Below the pieces are notes generated by a model, which was not told where the DNA came from, did not search any database, and was given only the letters and a program-made list of their open reading frames with translations. The translations under genes were made by a program, and so were the position numbers. From Camelus ferus (taxonomy: Eukaryota), in assembly GCF_009834535.1 (NCBI RefSeq), contig NC_045696.1, forward strand, positions 100,132,001-100,196,000: a DNA stretch of 64,000 nt, in the 5' to 3' direction. This document shows positions 23,451-36,631 of this stretch, in pieces. How positions within the stretch are numbered: position 1 is the stretch's first letter; every line of letters begins with the position of its first letter.

Positions 23451-26400
23451 ATACTGTCTGAAATGTGCTGGCATACACCACTTACCATCTACCCAGTCTT
23501 CTGCCCTCCACCAAGTGTCCTACCCTGTGTACAAAGGATATCACTTCCTAACAGTTACATATTAAACCCAAATGGGGAACTGTGGTAGATGGACTAGGAC
23601 TTTGCGAGGACTAGCTGTATTTCCTGCTGCTGCTAAGAAGCTGAAGGAATTGTGCAGACAGGGACCTACTGCTTTCTTTTCTCTCTGCTTAGAGCTGAAG
23701 GCAGTGGAGACAGGCAGAGCCCAAGGTTTTAGATTTCATAGGCAGGTTTCCAAGCCCTGTGCCTAGAGAATTGCAAAATTCTCACGTGCCCAGAGGCTCT
23801 CTTACCAAGACCAAGACAGATTCCAGTAAATGCTCAGCTGCAAAGAGCTTTGTCATCTTCAGTTTTGCGTTTGAAGTTTCAAATATCCATGGCGTGGCTC
23901 TAGAACTTGTGGTTTTATTGGACTTTGCTAGTGTGTCACTGTTTACAGAGGTGAAATTGAAGAGTGAGCATATAACACAGCTGCAGAGTTTGCTGCAGCC
24001 AGAGGTATCCAGCTAAATGCTCTCTAGCTTTTACCACCAGTTAAATGGCATTTCTAGGATGCCGTTTAAGATATCAGAGCTGCCTCACAGATCAGCCAAC
24101 CACAGCTTCGCCTGCCTCATCCTGTGTCGCCTGTGTCTCCTTTCCCTCTTTACTCTTCCATTGGCTTAGATTTCCCTGTATGCAGCCTAAGCCTTGAAAA
24201 TGCCAAGGCCTCTGCACTTGAGTTCTCTGGGCCGTGTAATGCCAACTTATTATGGAGACGCAGCTCAGTTTTCTGTCTGATTTCTGTTTGCTAAAAAGCC
24301 AGAAGTCAGTCTCTCCGTAATGTATGGCACTTGCTGGCCTCGCTGAGTGAGCGGGAAATCTGCGACAATCCACTGCGTGTTAAGGGAGGGTTACATGCAC
24401 AACATGTACCAACTGGAAATTATCATTGTACCAAGTGGAAATTACCCCGCCTTATATAACATTTTTGATAAACTATATTGTAAAATTTTAAAGAAAAGGA
24501 TGAGAATTTAGGGTGGTTAAAAAAAAAAAAAAAGAAACTAGTGGCTCAAAGGAGGGAGGAGATAAATGCTTTGAGCACCTGCAGCTTATGAAGCAATGCT
24601 TAGGTGTATTTTTGTTAAAATTCATTGATACTAGTTTCTAAAACATTTCTATAGATTTAAAATTTTTTCAGAATTGTTTTATTTTTTCAAGGTGTTTTTC
24701 AGTAACTTGAATCACATTGGAATTTTAATTTTTGCCTGGCATGGTTGAGAAATGTTGTTTTTCTTTATACTCCGTCAGCCTCAAACATGCCTGATGAAAA
24801 GCATCACCTGGGACTGTGTTCAAAGTACAGATTTCCAGACCTGGACCCCAGAGATGCTGCTTCACTTTTGGGGTCCAGAGTGGTGTATTTTTCCTTCAGG
24901 TTTCTTTTTGGTAATAAAAATATTCAAATATTTTTCAATATTCAAAAATATTCAAATATTCAGCAATCATTAACATTTGCCACCATTGCACTATGCTATA
25001 TACCATGTGCCACCATAGGTAGTTGGATGGATGGATGGCTGAATAGACAGATGGACAGATAGATGGATAATTTTCCCCTTTTTACTAAGGCACTCAATAT
25101 TCTGTTCTGATTAGTTTCCATTACAGTTCCTTGACAGTGTGCAATCCCCAGGTTTAGTATAGAAAGGAACAGGAGATGTTTAGTTAGAAAGTTACACTCA
25201 ACACAGAACTGTCAGATGGTTCTTTTTATTGGGAAACAATGTCATACATATAAATGTGCATATTTAAACATACACGCTGCTCTTTAAAAGCTAGTAACAA
25301 CCCATTGCCTCTGTTGCCACTGCCCTGTTAGAACATTAGCAGGAACTTCAAGCCCCTTGAAGGCCAGCACTAAAAACTCTTGCCCCAAGTCACTTCTCCA
25401 TATATGACAATTTTCCTGAATTTTGTGTTATTAATTCCCTGACTTTTCTCCTATACATTTATCAGAAAAGAAAATGTTTTGTTTCATTTTCCTGCTTTTG
25501 AACATTCTTAAGGGATTCAAATGTATTCTCCTATGAATTGCTTTTATTTTTTTGTTGTTGTAGTTTTGAGATTTATCTTGGTTGATATGAGTAGCTGTAG
25601 TTTTTTCTTTTCACTACAGTATACTATTGTGTTATATGAATGTATCAGAATTTATTTATCCAGTGTACCATTGATGGGCGTGGGAAGTGTTTTCAGTTTC
25701 TTTTAATATGAACAGGTTGTCAAAAACATTCTCATCTATAACCTGTGTGTACAAGTGTGGGAGTCCTAGGAATGTTCAGAATTTAAGGTTCTGGAAAGGT
25801 GTGGGCATTTTCCTAAACACCAGAGTATCATCATTAAAGGAATAGGATCAAATCCTGGAATTCTTTTGGTTGGCCTGCAGTTGGGTCTGGATTTGGGGTA
25901 TGCCTCAGGAAACTGTTTTTACTTTTAAGACTCATAGGACACTGTACAATTAACTCCAGCTCCAAAGAGGTTAGTGAAAGTGGCCCAAGACTGGTGGAAT
26001 TCTGAACCAGGTGTGGTGAGAGCTGGGAATCCTCACGCTGGCTTATGCCATGGTGGCATTCACCGGATCAATTCAGTATCCGTGTTGACCACTCACTCCT
26101 ATGGTGTTCTAGTGCTTCTTCAGTAAATCTATTCTGTACCTGTGACTTTCTTTCTTTTTAATTTGTACTTTTTATTACAGTATAGGTGATTTACAGTGTT
26201 AATTTCAGGTGTACAGTAAAGCAATTCAGTTGTCCATATACACATATGTATATATATTTACTTCCTACTCAAACAGCACAAATGACCACATTCTGTACTC
26301 TGACAACCAGGATGACTCATTGGAAAAACGGACTTTGGATTTAGAAGTTCTTGAGTTTAGCAGCGTTGGCTATTTACATATCAGAGAGATCTTATAATTG

Positions 26401-26674
26401 GAGATAACATGAAAAGTGCTTGGCCATTTCCTGACATTTCATAAGCATTCAGTATATTATAGCATTTGTTAATGTTTTCTCCTTGTTGTTTGTCATTACC
26501 CAGAACTCAGAAACCTGAAATACTGAAATTCCTTTCTCTAATAATAATCTTTTTTCCCCTTGATTGGATTAATGAAATTTCTCCCTGGATCCTGCCCCCT
26601 TGTTTCAAATATCACCTGAACTTCTAGTTTACTTCTCTGAGTTATTCTCAGGATGTTCACATATACAAAAATTT

Positions 26675-26760
26675 TCCCCTTTACAGAGGCACTAAGAATT
26701 GAACACAGGACCTCTTGCATGCCAGGCACCCACTTTACCACTGAGCTATACCCCATCCCA
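26675..26760 (-). mobile_element. tRNA-derived SINE (Vic-1-like)
   Basis: Reverse complement of GGGGTATAGCTCAGTGGTAAAG...GTGTTCAATTC. Confidence 0.85.
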
Positions 26761-26799
26761 CCCCCACATATTTTTATTTAAATGTTTAACATGTTTTCT

Positions 26800-27700
26800 T
26801 TCAGCTTCTTAAACACAGCAGATCCCAATTTGAACATCTGATTCCTGCCCTCCCCAGTCTCAACACTCCAGTCCCCAACATTTTCCCCACCATCTTCCTC
26901 TTAAGTTCGGTTGGTGGCATCACCATCAATTTAGACACCCTGGCTTTAAAAAGCGAGGCTCATCCTTGATGCTTGTCCTTGCTTAGTCCATCAGCAGCTC
27001 TTGTAGGTTCTGCTTCCAAATCTTGTTGTGCATTTGACCCTCTCCCCTGTTACCTCCCAGGTCTAAGCCAGCATCAGCTCTCACCTGGATTACTGCCTCC
27101 ATCCCTCCCTCACTGCTTCTACTCCTGCCCTATCAAGATAAAGTTTAAGTCAGATCTGATCACTGATTAGAGACCTCCCCACTGCAATTCCAACAGATTC
27201 CAAACATTGTGCATGAGTTTCAGGCAGACCTCTGTCTCCACCTCTTACCTTGGTTCTCTTCTTCCCTTGTGTCCCAGTCACACCTGACATCTTTCCCTCC
27301 CTTGAATATTCCAAGCTCTTTGCCATTTCAGGACTTTGCAATTACTTTCTTGTCTTTCTGAAACTGTCTTCATACTTGTTTTTAGTATAATGCCTCCTTT
27401 CATAGCTCAGATAGCTGAAAGGTCACCTCCTGAATGAGGCTTTCCTAGCCCCTGGAACTCCCCAACGTGTTTTTCTTAGATCTTTTACTCTGTTTTCTTC
27501 CTAACTCTTCTATCTAAGTTTCCTAACTCTTCTATCTAAGTTTAATCTTAAGTATTCGCTGACATGTTTCACTCCACTGGAATATAATCTCCAGCAGTGT
27601 CCATCTGGTTTACTGCTTTATTTTCAACACCTGTAGTAGTGCCTAGTCATAATAGGTGCTCTGTAAATATTTGTTGAATTAAAAGAAAGAATGAAAGAAA
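26800..27700 (+). mobile_element. L2 LINE remnant
   Basis: Pyrimidine-rich degenerate sequence ending in the L2-type terminus TAGGTGCTCTGTAAATATTTGTTGAAT. Confidence 0.65.
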
Positions 27701-27828
27701 GATAACTAGAGGCTGAAAGAATCACAAGACTTGTTACGTGTATCACTAAACAATGATAGTAACTATATATATATATTTTTAAGGTATAAAAATGTTTTGT
27801 TTTTCAGGATTCATTGGAATTCTTCAAA

Positions 27829-27835
27829 ATGTCAG
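27829..27835 (+). CDS. PLSCR4: PLSCR4 coding part of exon 2 (exon 27808-27835), ATG TCA G
   Basis: Acceptor ttttcag|G at 27807/27808, AAAATGT start context and donor CAG|GTAAGT. Matches the MS(G) N-terminus I recall for PLSCR4. Confidence 0.85.
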
Positions 27836-28981
27836 GTAAGTCTCTGAATAAATTTTAATCTGCTTTATTTTCAAATGTGAATTGTGTGATTCTCTTCCTT
27901 TAAAAATTGGAGATTATTTCATTTTGAAGTTACTTGTTTAATATTTGGAGAATATATATAAAATATATTAATTTCTTTATACATGTGAACACTCCTATTT
28001 ATCTTTGACAGAAAGGGATTAAAAGGAATTTATATTGGCATATAGGTACTGAAAAACCTCTAACGTATGTGGGGGGAAATTAGGTAAAGGAAAAATACAA
28101 GTAAGAAAATAAGTCTGCAAAGAGAGGTGGTAGTGATAAAAATGATGACAGCTTGCCTTCATAGAAGAAGGCTCAAAAGTAGGCCCTGCTTTTTCAAGCA
28201 ACGTAGGAGTTGATATAAGGAGAGAAACACCCCATCAATGGGATTTGTGTTTCTTATGAGAGAAAAGTCAACTGGTTAAAAAACTCAGGACTGTTCCTTA
28301 TAGTGAATCCAGGGAGAAATTTCTCTAATTTCAACAAGAGGCCAAGCTGTCATGAAAGCGACTTCAGTACCTCCCCTGCAGCAATTCGTGACCTCAGTTA
28401 CCATCAGGCAGAATACGGTAAAAGTATGAGTCACTGGAAATGTGGACTAAACCACCTCTAATTGAGTTGTGTGGTTCTTAAACCAGTAACTATCCATCAT
28501 GGTATGTTTTGAATTTATTAAGTATTTATCGTGTTATGTTTTGATTTTATTTAAACACAGCCGTTTTCCAAAAAGGATTCTGGGAGAAAACCGTATTCAC
28601 TCTGTATATGACTGTACACTCTCTAGTATATAGCAGGTAAAAAGAATTTTTGCTACTGTGCAAGGAATTTGTGTAGGTGGGGATCAGCATCAGGTGCGCT
28701 GAGCCACTAGCATGAAAGCTTTTTGCTTTGCTCACAGCACAATGTAATTGTCTACTTTTATTTTTAAATCCATATTCAGGCTAAAAATCCATCAAATATA
28801 TTAACAGGTTGATGTCTCATGTACATAATAACTTGCTTCTAATATGAAATAAGAGTGTATTTATTTCATATTGGTTATAGTCATTGATTTGTACCAACAA
28901 GAAAAAAATGACTATGTTCTGTAATCATATATTATCATTCCCATTGTAAATCGTGACCCCTCTCTCTCCCCCAAAATATAG

Positions 28982-29086
28982 TTCCCACAGCACCTGAGCA
29001 ACCTGCAGATGAAGTGGAGAATCAAATAAAACCACCTGATCCAAGGCCCGGTACCCCTCCTGAGTACAGTTCCCATTTTATACCGG
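28982..29086 (+). CDS. PLSCR4: PLSCR4 exon 3: VPTAPEQPADEVENQIKPPDPRPGTPPEYSSHFIP
   Basis: Hand translation matches the Pro-rich PLSCR4 N-terminus with a PPxY motif (PPEY). Donor CGG|GTAGGT. The acceptor is ambiguous (28982 or 28991, see findings). Confidence 0.88.
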
Positions 29087-30414
29087 GTAGGTTAAGTATT
29101 CAGAAAGAATCTCTCCCCTCTCCAGAAAACCATACTAATACTTAAGGTTGCTTTTTTAATTAATTACTTAAGTGATTCAATAAATAAATATTGAATGCCT
29201 TCAGGGTGCCAGGTAGTTTACTAGATGTTAATTAGAGTTATATTCTCGTCTCCATAGGATTTACACTGGGGAAAGAAGTTGTACAACATTGATGGCATTC
29301 TCTTTGCCTGACTATGAAAAGAATGTTGCAGAAGCACAGAAGGCAGTAACTGACTCTCCCAGGGATTTGAGGGAAGCCCTAACTAAGGAGTCAAGTTTTG
29401 CTGGCCCAGTGAGGAATTTCTCAAAGAAAAGGGGGAAGGGGCCATACCTGGCAGAAAGAACAATATGTCCCAAAGCACAAGGTCATGAAGGTCTAGTATA
29501 AGTCATGCATGGGACAAGTGGCAGGAAAAGTACAGAAAACTGGAGGTAAATAGCTTTGAATTCTGATCAAGGACCTGGTAATATTCTCTAGTTCTGCAAA
29601 TATTTTTATAAGTCTGAATACATGCCACACTGTACTCAGGGACTCAGGAAAACGGATATTCATGGGTATTTGGGCAGTATGTCACACTTTTTAAATTGAG
29701 AATACACTCACTTTTGACTAAGGAAATAGTTTTATCAGGATTGTATTCAAATACATTTTAATGACTTAGAAAATTATAAAGTATAGTAATATTTCTTTAA
29801 CTATTAAGTGTGTATGTAGAGGTAGAAACCAGTAAGTTAGGCTGTTAAAAGGGGGAAAGAAACCCCACTATCCACAGGATGATGGCAAGGATATGGTTTT
29901 GGCTCCAGTCATATGACCCATGGAGCACAGGTAGCCTTTGCCTCTGCATTGTTTTCTGAGAAAAGCAGGGCTTCCTTTTCCCCTTTCCCTCACCTGTATG
30001 CATGTTGTGTGGATCTGATCCAGTGTAACCCCTCATTATGGCTTAACTCCTGCTAAAATCAAGGTTTTGACAATCCTATTTTATAATCTTGCTATATCTG
30101 ACCATTTCTCTATGTTTTACTTCATTGACTACCAACATGATCTACATACCGTACCTTATATTCACCAGTCACTCTATATCCAAGAATCTGGGTTCCACTA
30201 GAGCAGACTCTCCACCATTTTGAAGAAGTAAACATTCATTATATAATCATGTTCTGCTCATTTGTGAAAGTGTCTGTCCATTCCTTTTTGTATCAAAAAA
30301 TTAGCAGGTTACAGCCATCAAATTAAATGGCTAGGTACGTTGAAAAATAATATGATGCAGAGCATACAGCTAATGAATTTTCAGTTGTGAAATACAGTAA
30401 CAAAAATTCACTGT

Positions 30415-30448
30415 GCTCGCCATCTAGTGGCTGAACTATGTACTTCAT
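30415..30448 (-). promoter_or_regulatory. Candidate CTCF site in intron 3
   Basis: Minus strand CAGCCACTAGATGGCGAG is close to the CTCF core, and an upstream-module-like TGAAGTAC precedes it. Confidence 0.55.
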
Positions 30449-32353
30449 ACTGATGCAAATTCTCTCCCCTTAATTCACATTAAGGAACTTGAAATAACTG
30501 TACTTGAAATATTTAGCTTTAATGAATTCCTTTAAATTCAATTATATAATTTCCATTTGCATTATACTGCCAGCTGTTTGTCCCCACTGAACATAATTTT
30601 GCCCCAAACATGTTTAAAAGAATAGTTAATACAAACATTTGTTACATGTAGTCAATTTAAAAGAGAAAATGACTTACTGTTTTAAAATAAAAAAGGATAA
30701 TAATATTCCATATAACTAAGAAAACACAAATCCCTAAAGCAGTATTTCTCACGCTTGTATTGGTAAGACAATACTCCATAATAAAGTTATTTATTTAAAT
30801 AGATGTGGGATACTAGTTACACAAAGTTAAACATGTTTTGTTTTGCTGTGTTTGCCTGCAGAACAATCAAAGCCCTTAATGGCAATTTTAAACCTTAAAA
30901 GGGAATATAAAAGATACCATTTCCCACAAATAATTAGATTTGTTTTTCTTCACTTCTCTTAACATCTCTGAATAATACATTATTTTAACAAAAGTCATTT
31001 GATTACATATATTTGTATTTAATTTTTCCTAGAAATATAATCTCTATACTGAATAGCCCTATAATCTAAACTGTAATTTTACCCCTGATTTATTGAGCTT
31101 CAAATTTTATTCCATGAGGTACTTTTAAGTTAAAAATCACACCGTTAATATCACCAGAGTTAATCATCAACTCACCGAAATGATATAACAATATTTTTGA
31201 GACAGTTTATATGATTTTTAGACGCATCTTTGTTTTTTTAATAATAGTTCTAAAAAAGAGAGATGGATACTGAATTTCCAGTCCTATTTGGGTACTCTTA
31301 AACACAATTATTAAAGGAATTAAAGTATATTCTTCACAACAAACTGAAATATGTAATTTCCTCCATTTTTTCTAAAAACATTAGATCTTTTTTCTCACTT
31401 AGCTCTAATTTGACATTGTTTCTAGTTATCATTATTTTTCCTTTAGTCTCTTCTGACTTGCAGTCTCTATCAAGAGCTCAGTGTCTTCTACCCTTAAAAA
31501 CTGGTCTTCCCCGGAGTTCCTTGGGCCACTCCCCTGTCCTGCCCTGCCCTGCCCTGTCCCCTCTCTCACGTCTTCCATTCATACCTGTCCTTTTACACTC
31601 TCCTAAGTAATCTTGATAATGCCCATGGCTTCAGTTGTCTTTAACCACTTATGAATCCCTTATCCCCCACCCCATATCAATCTCCTCTTCTCTGAACTTA
31701 CTTCCACCTGCCTGTGGACCACTTCCCCTTGGTGACCCAGGATCTCAAACTCAATGATCCTCAATCCAACTTCGACATCCTCCTTCCAAACACATACTCT
31801 CTATTCTTTTTCTACACTGAAGGTCTGCAGGAACCCAACTCAGAAAACTGAGAATCTTTTCTCATATCCAGTCTATTACCAAGGCAACGTGTCTCTTTTA
31901 AATGTCAATTATTATTTCTCCACTTTCTACTCCTTTCATCACAACTTCCTTGCCTCCCATCTGGACTCCTGCAGGCACTTCCTGCCTAATCTAATCTTCT
32001 CATGTATAAAGGTTCTAAATGGAAAACTAATCACTCCACTTTCCATTTTATCAGCATAAAGTTCACGCTCTTTGTGCAGATTGTACATAGGTCTTCCATG
32101 ATCTTCACTTCCTCCTCAGTTCCCTTTCTGCTTTGTCCACTGGGTCTCCATACTTGACCTTTACTCCTGCGGCACTGAGCCTCCCCTGGGCAACTGTGCG
32201 ATTTGTACCTGCTCTATCTGTAAAACCTCTGCCCCTCGTGGAGGGGCTGGCTGGGTCTGCTGTGTCAGCACTTACGTCACAAGGGATCTCCTCCGCCTAG
32301 GTTATTTGCCTCCTCTCTGATCTTTTCACACACTATGTGGCTACCTAGGAGTA

Positions 32354-32630
32354 TGTTACCCAGCCGGGTCCTTGGACCGTTCAATCAGTAGAAATTGATA
32401 AGAGGCCAGACGAGAAATTCAGACCAGCCTTTTTTGGGACTCAGGCTGCAGCACGAGGGAGCAAAAACAAGAAACATGTGCCCTTGCTCACTCCCCGTGT
32501 CGGGGCAAGCTGATTCCTTAAATGGGGTGAGGGTAGGGACAGATTGGTGATTCATGCAGGAGGCGTAGCTTAGGGGGTCTGCCCACCCCCCTTGGGGGTG
32601 CTGTGAGCGTAGTACCCTGATTTTGCACAC
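32354..32630 (-). mobile_element. ERV LTR fragment
   Basis: GC-richer block starting TGTTACC (GGTAACA terminus on the minus strand) with a TTTAAG TATA-like box. The other end is not resolved. Confidence 0.6.
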
Positions 32631-32659
32631 AACTGTTTGTAATATTTCCTTATGATACA

Positions 32660-33590
32660 CTTTAATTTCTTTAAGGTTTTAGTAATGTCCCCATTTTCGT
32701 TCCTGATTTTAATAATTGAACTCTATTTTTTGACTTGGTCAGTCTGTCATAAGGTTTTTCAATTTTGTTGATCTTTTAAAAGAACCTACTTTTGGTTTTG
32801 CTGATTTGTCTTTTTTCTTTTTTTTAATTTCATTTACTTCTACTTTAATCTTTATTATTTCCTCCTCCTTCCTTTGGATTTGGTTTATTGCTAAGTTGGG
32901 AAAGTTAGGTTACTGATTTGAGATATTTCTTTTTTAATGTAGGTGTTTATAGCTATGAATTTCCCTCTAAGCATTGTTTAAGCTGCATCCCATAAGCTTT
33001 GGCATACTGTGGTTTTGTTTCATTCATCTCAAAATAGTTTCTGATTTCTCTCATGATTATTTTTTGTCCCTTTGATTATTTAGGAGTATGTCATTAAGTT
33101 TCCTCAAATTTGTGATTTCCCAAATTTCCTTCTATTATTATTGATTTCTGATTTTATTCCATTGTACTAGAATATACTCTGTATGATTTCAGTTGTCTTA
33201 AATTTATTGAGACTTGTCTTATGGCCTTGTTTTATGGGAGGTCTGTCCTGGAGAATGCTCTCTGTGTGCTTGAGAAGAGCATTTATTCTGTTGTTGCGGG
33301 GAGGGTATTCTATACATGCCTGGTTTCATTTACAGTGTTGTTCATGCTTCTCTTTCCTTTTTGACCTTCTGCTTACGTGTTCTGTCCTTCATTGTGAGTG
33401 GGGTATTGCAGTTTCCAACTATTTGTTAAATTGCCTGTTTCACTTTTTAGTTCTGTCAGTTTTGCTTCATGTATTTTGAAGCTCTGTTTTTATATCTTCT
33501 TGATGAATTGACACTTCTTTTATTACAAAATGTCCTTTACTTCTAGTAACAATTTTTGTCTTAAAGGATATTTTGTCTGACATGAGTGTT
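32660..33590 (-). mobile_element. Old L1 ORF2 (endonuclease region) fragment
   Basis: Typical antisense L1 text, e.g. GTTGATCTTTTAAAAGAACC and GCTATGAATTTCCCTCTAAGCA. Confidence 0.8.
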
Positions 33591-34266
33591 GTTATTTTAT
33601 TAATTTTTATTAAGTACTAATGCATGCTACAACATGCATGAACCTTGAAAACATGCTAAGTAAAGGAAACCATACACAAAGGCTACATGTTACATGATTT
33701 TATGTATATGAAATATTCAGATTAGACAAATCTGTAGAGATAGGGGCTGCCTGGAAAGGTGGGGAATGACTGCTAATGGGTATGGGCTTTTTTTCTGGGC
33801 TGGAATTAGAGTGGTCATTGGAAGAACCCCTTTGAAGTTAGATAAACCTTACTATCTTTCTGACCTTAAACATTAGTAACAATAAACACAGTAACAAGTG
33901 TTTACAGTGCTAGTTACATGCTAGGGCTTGTGCTAATCCTACCACAACCTAATGAAGTAGGTATGTTACTATCCTCAAAGAAGGAACCTAATGCATAGAG
34001 GCTAACATATTGCTTGATATTTAAACTTCATTTTTATACCTCTGAAATGGAAATAATTATCTCATAAGGTTTAACTGGATTAAATGAGTTAATGTGTAAA
34101 TCCCCTGAGTGCATTTTTGTACATTCTACACCCTTGTAAAATGGAACATCTTGTTTTTAAGTGGAGGTCATGTGATCCGTATCATCTTCGTGTGAAAAGT
34201 CATGCTAACTTCCAATATATTGTAGTGTTAACAATGTATAACACTTGCATTTATTTTTGAACTCAG

Positions 34267-34502
34267 GGCCTCCTGGACCAGCCCTCCCTCCACCTGTAGG
34301 CTACCCAGGAGGCTTGCCTGTGGGATACTACGGTCCACAGCAGCCTGGTACCTTCCCCTTGTACCTGCCAAGTAGTGGTACCCATCCTATCCAGTACCAG
34401 CCTGGAAAATATCCTGTGCCACAATCTTCTGCTCCAGTAGCATGGATGCCAGTGCCAACTCCCATGCCAAACTGTCCTCCAGGTCTAGAGTACTTAGCCC
34501 AG
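34267..34502 (+). CDS. PLSCR4: PLSCR4 exon 4: GPPGPALPPPVGYPGG...NCPPGLEYLAQ
   Basis: ctcag| acceptor and CAG|GTACTG donor, 236 nt, phase 1 to 0. Contains the scramblase-family CPPGLEYL motif. Confidence 0.95.
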
Positions 34503-36465
34503 GTACTGTATACAAATCCAAATTACTTTTTTACAAAGCATGATTGGAGATCCAATAAGAAGAGAGAAAAGGCTAGATACAATAGATAAAGGCGATGGGT
34601 CATTGATGACAGATGTCTAGTTTGTGAGACTATAGGTGTGGTGGTACTAATTTCATAAAAGTGAAGGGATTTTTTTGGTGGGATGAATATGGTTTTTGTG
34701 AAGGATTGTATGTTGAATTTTGAGACATTCAAGATGTCCTGTTGAAGGCTATTTAAAAATAAAATTAGCAATAGAAGAAAAAAACTATCAAAGATGGTAT
34801 TTGGGTATTGTTTGCTTAGAAATAAAGAGTTAACATCAAGAAAAGCAACATTATAAAGAGCAGGGTGGTAGACAGTGAGTGAATCACTTACTGCCGCAGC
34901 CCATTGGCTTTTCTAACCACGTATAGTTTTCATTAACCAGCTCTGCCACCTCCCTGCCACCAAAAAAAATTTTTTTTAAATACAATGTAAATAAAAAGAG
35001 AGGACCTACCAAATACATTGTTTCAGGCCAAGTTCCAGAGAACCCCTTTCCACAACAGAGTGACTTCCTGGTTTCCTTCTATATAGGCGTCCGAAGCCCA
35101 GGACACCCATTTCAGAAACTGGGACAATATGCCAAGTTTATGTAGCAAATGGTACTGTTTAAAAACCCATGTCAGAAACAAACAAAAAAAGTTGCTTAAT
35201 GAAAACAAGATCAACCTAGTGTTGAAAATCGCTTAGAAACTACTAAATCATGTTTTGTTTTTAGGTAAAAGGAAGTGTTGAAATACATTACAAGCAAGGG
35301 ACTTGTCAATTCAATACATGTCACGCCACATAGTCAATCAGATGTTCCTCGAAATTGATGTGTTTCTCTTCTCAATTTTACATGCTGACTGTTAATCCTA
35401 TGCGTTGAAAACCATTGGTATGATATTATAGTGTTGATCTTTGGACATAAATACAGGTGGATCAGGACATTTTGGATTTTACATGAACCAAAAATTTTAT
35501 TAAATTGTTGTTTGGCAAAATATTGACAAAATACACCACCAGTCATTCAGATAAAGTGCTAGAATACATCTTCACATTATTTTGGAAGCTTATAAAATGT
35601 TTATAAGGTAATCAGGTTTAGAAAGTTTCTTTTTGATACTTAATGATAAATACAGAAATTGTCCTTGGAAATCCAATATCTGGAGTCATTTCTTTTTAAA
35701 AAATGTGTAGCTTTAATATTGTTCATTTAACAATTTAAAAATTCTTCACTTCTTCTATTACTCTGAAAGAAGTTGAATGAAGATATTTTATAAATTCTGT
35801 TTTCCCTCTTAGGGATGTTTTTAGTTAAAAAAAAATGAAAAAGAAACAAATAAACAGGTTTAGAACCAGACAAACCTGGCTTTGAATTCTGGTTCTACTT
35901 CCTCTTCACTCCACCACCTTGAGTAACTTTTCTAACCTTTTGGTCCTTGAATTTCATCATCTATAAAGTAGTACGAGTGATACCTATCCTACTGGGTTGT
36001 TAGGAGAATTATTAATGAGAAAGTTTGTAATGTGCCTAATATTTTTGGCACGCAGGACCAACCCAATGAATGATAGCTGTGTGGATGTTATTAGTCGAAA
36101 TACCTTGTGTGTGAGTGGAGAACACAGAGCCAGGCATTTTCTTTCTCTTAGTCTTTTTGCCATCTTGTGTGCAAGTTACTTGAATCCTTATCAGGACTAT
36201 CCTGACACTTCAGTATATAGAATAGCAGGTTTGTATTATTTCTAGAGTGTTGGCTTGGCAGTGACTCTACACTTTGTTAGAACTGCCTCTTAACAACCGT
36301 AGTATCTTATTGGACAAAATTCTTTCACATTAACGGGCATCAGTACTTAGGATATTTTGCACAACAGTGGAAGCTTTTACCAAGCAATGAATATTTTTGC
36401 TTTTTAGTTATAGATTTTAACACCTTAAATTTTTAAAACGGACTGTAATAAACCCTAGTGGACAC

Positions 36466-36631
36466 TTCTTTTTAATTGAAGTATAGTCAGTTTATAATAT
36501 TGTGTCAATTTCTGGTGTACAGCATAATGTTTCAATCATACATATATCATTTACATATTCTTTTTCACTATAGGTTACTACAAGGTATTGAATATAGTTC
36601 CCTGTGCTGTACAGTGGAAACTTGTTGTTTA
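36466..36631 (-). mobile_element. Short L1 3' end
   Basis: T-tract followed by AATTGAAGTATAGTCAGTTTA...TGTGCTGTACAGT, the same family as 55270-55440. Confidence 0.8.

Noticed and set aside
24915..24962. Clustered AATATTC repeats
   Set aside because: Low-complexity AT-rich slippage with no regular repeat-spacer structure.
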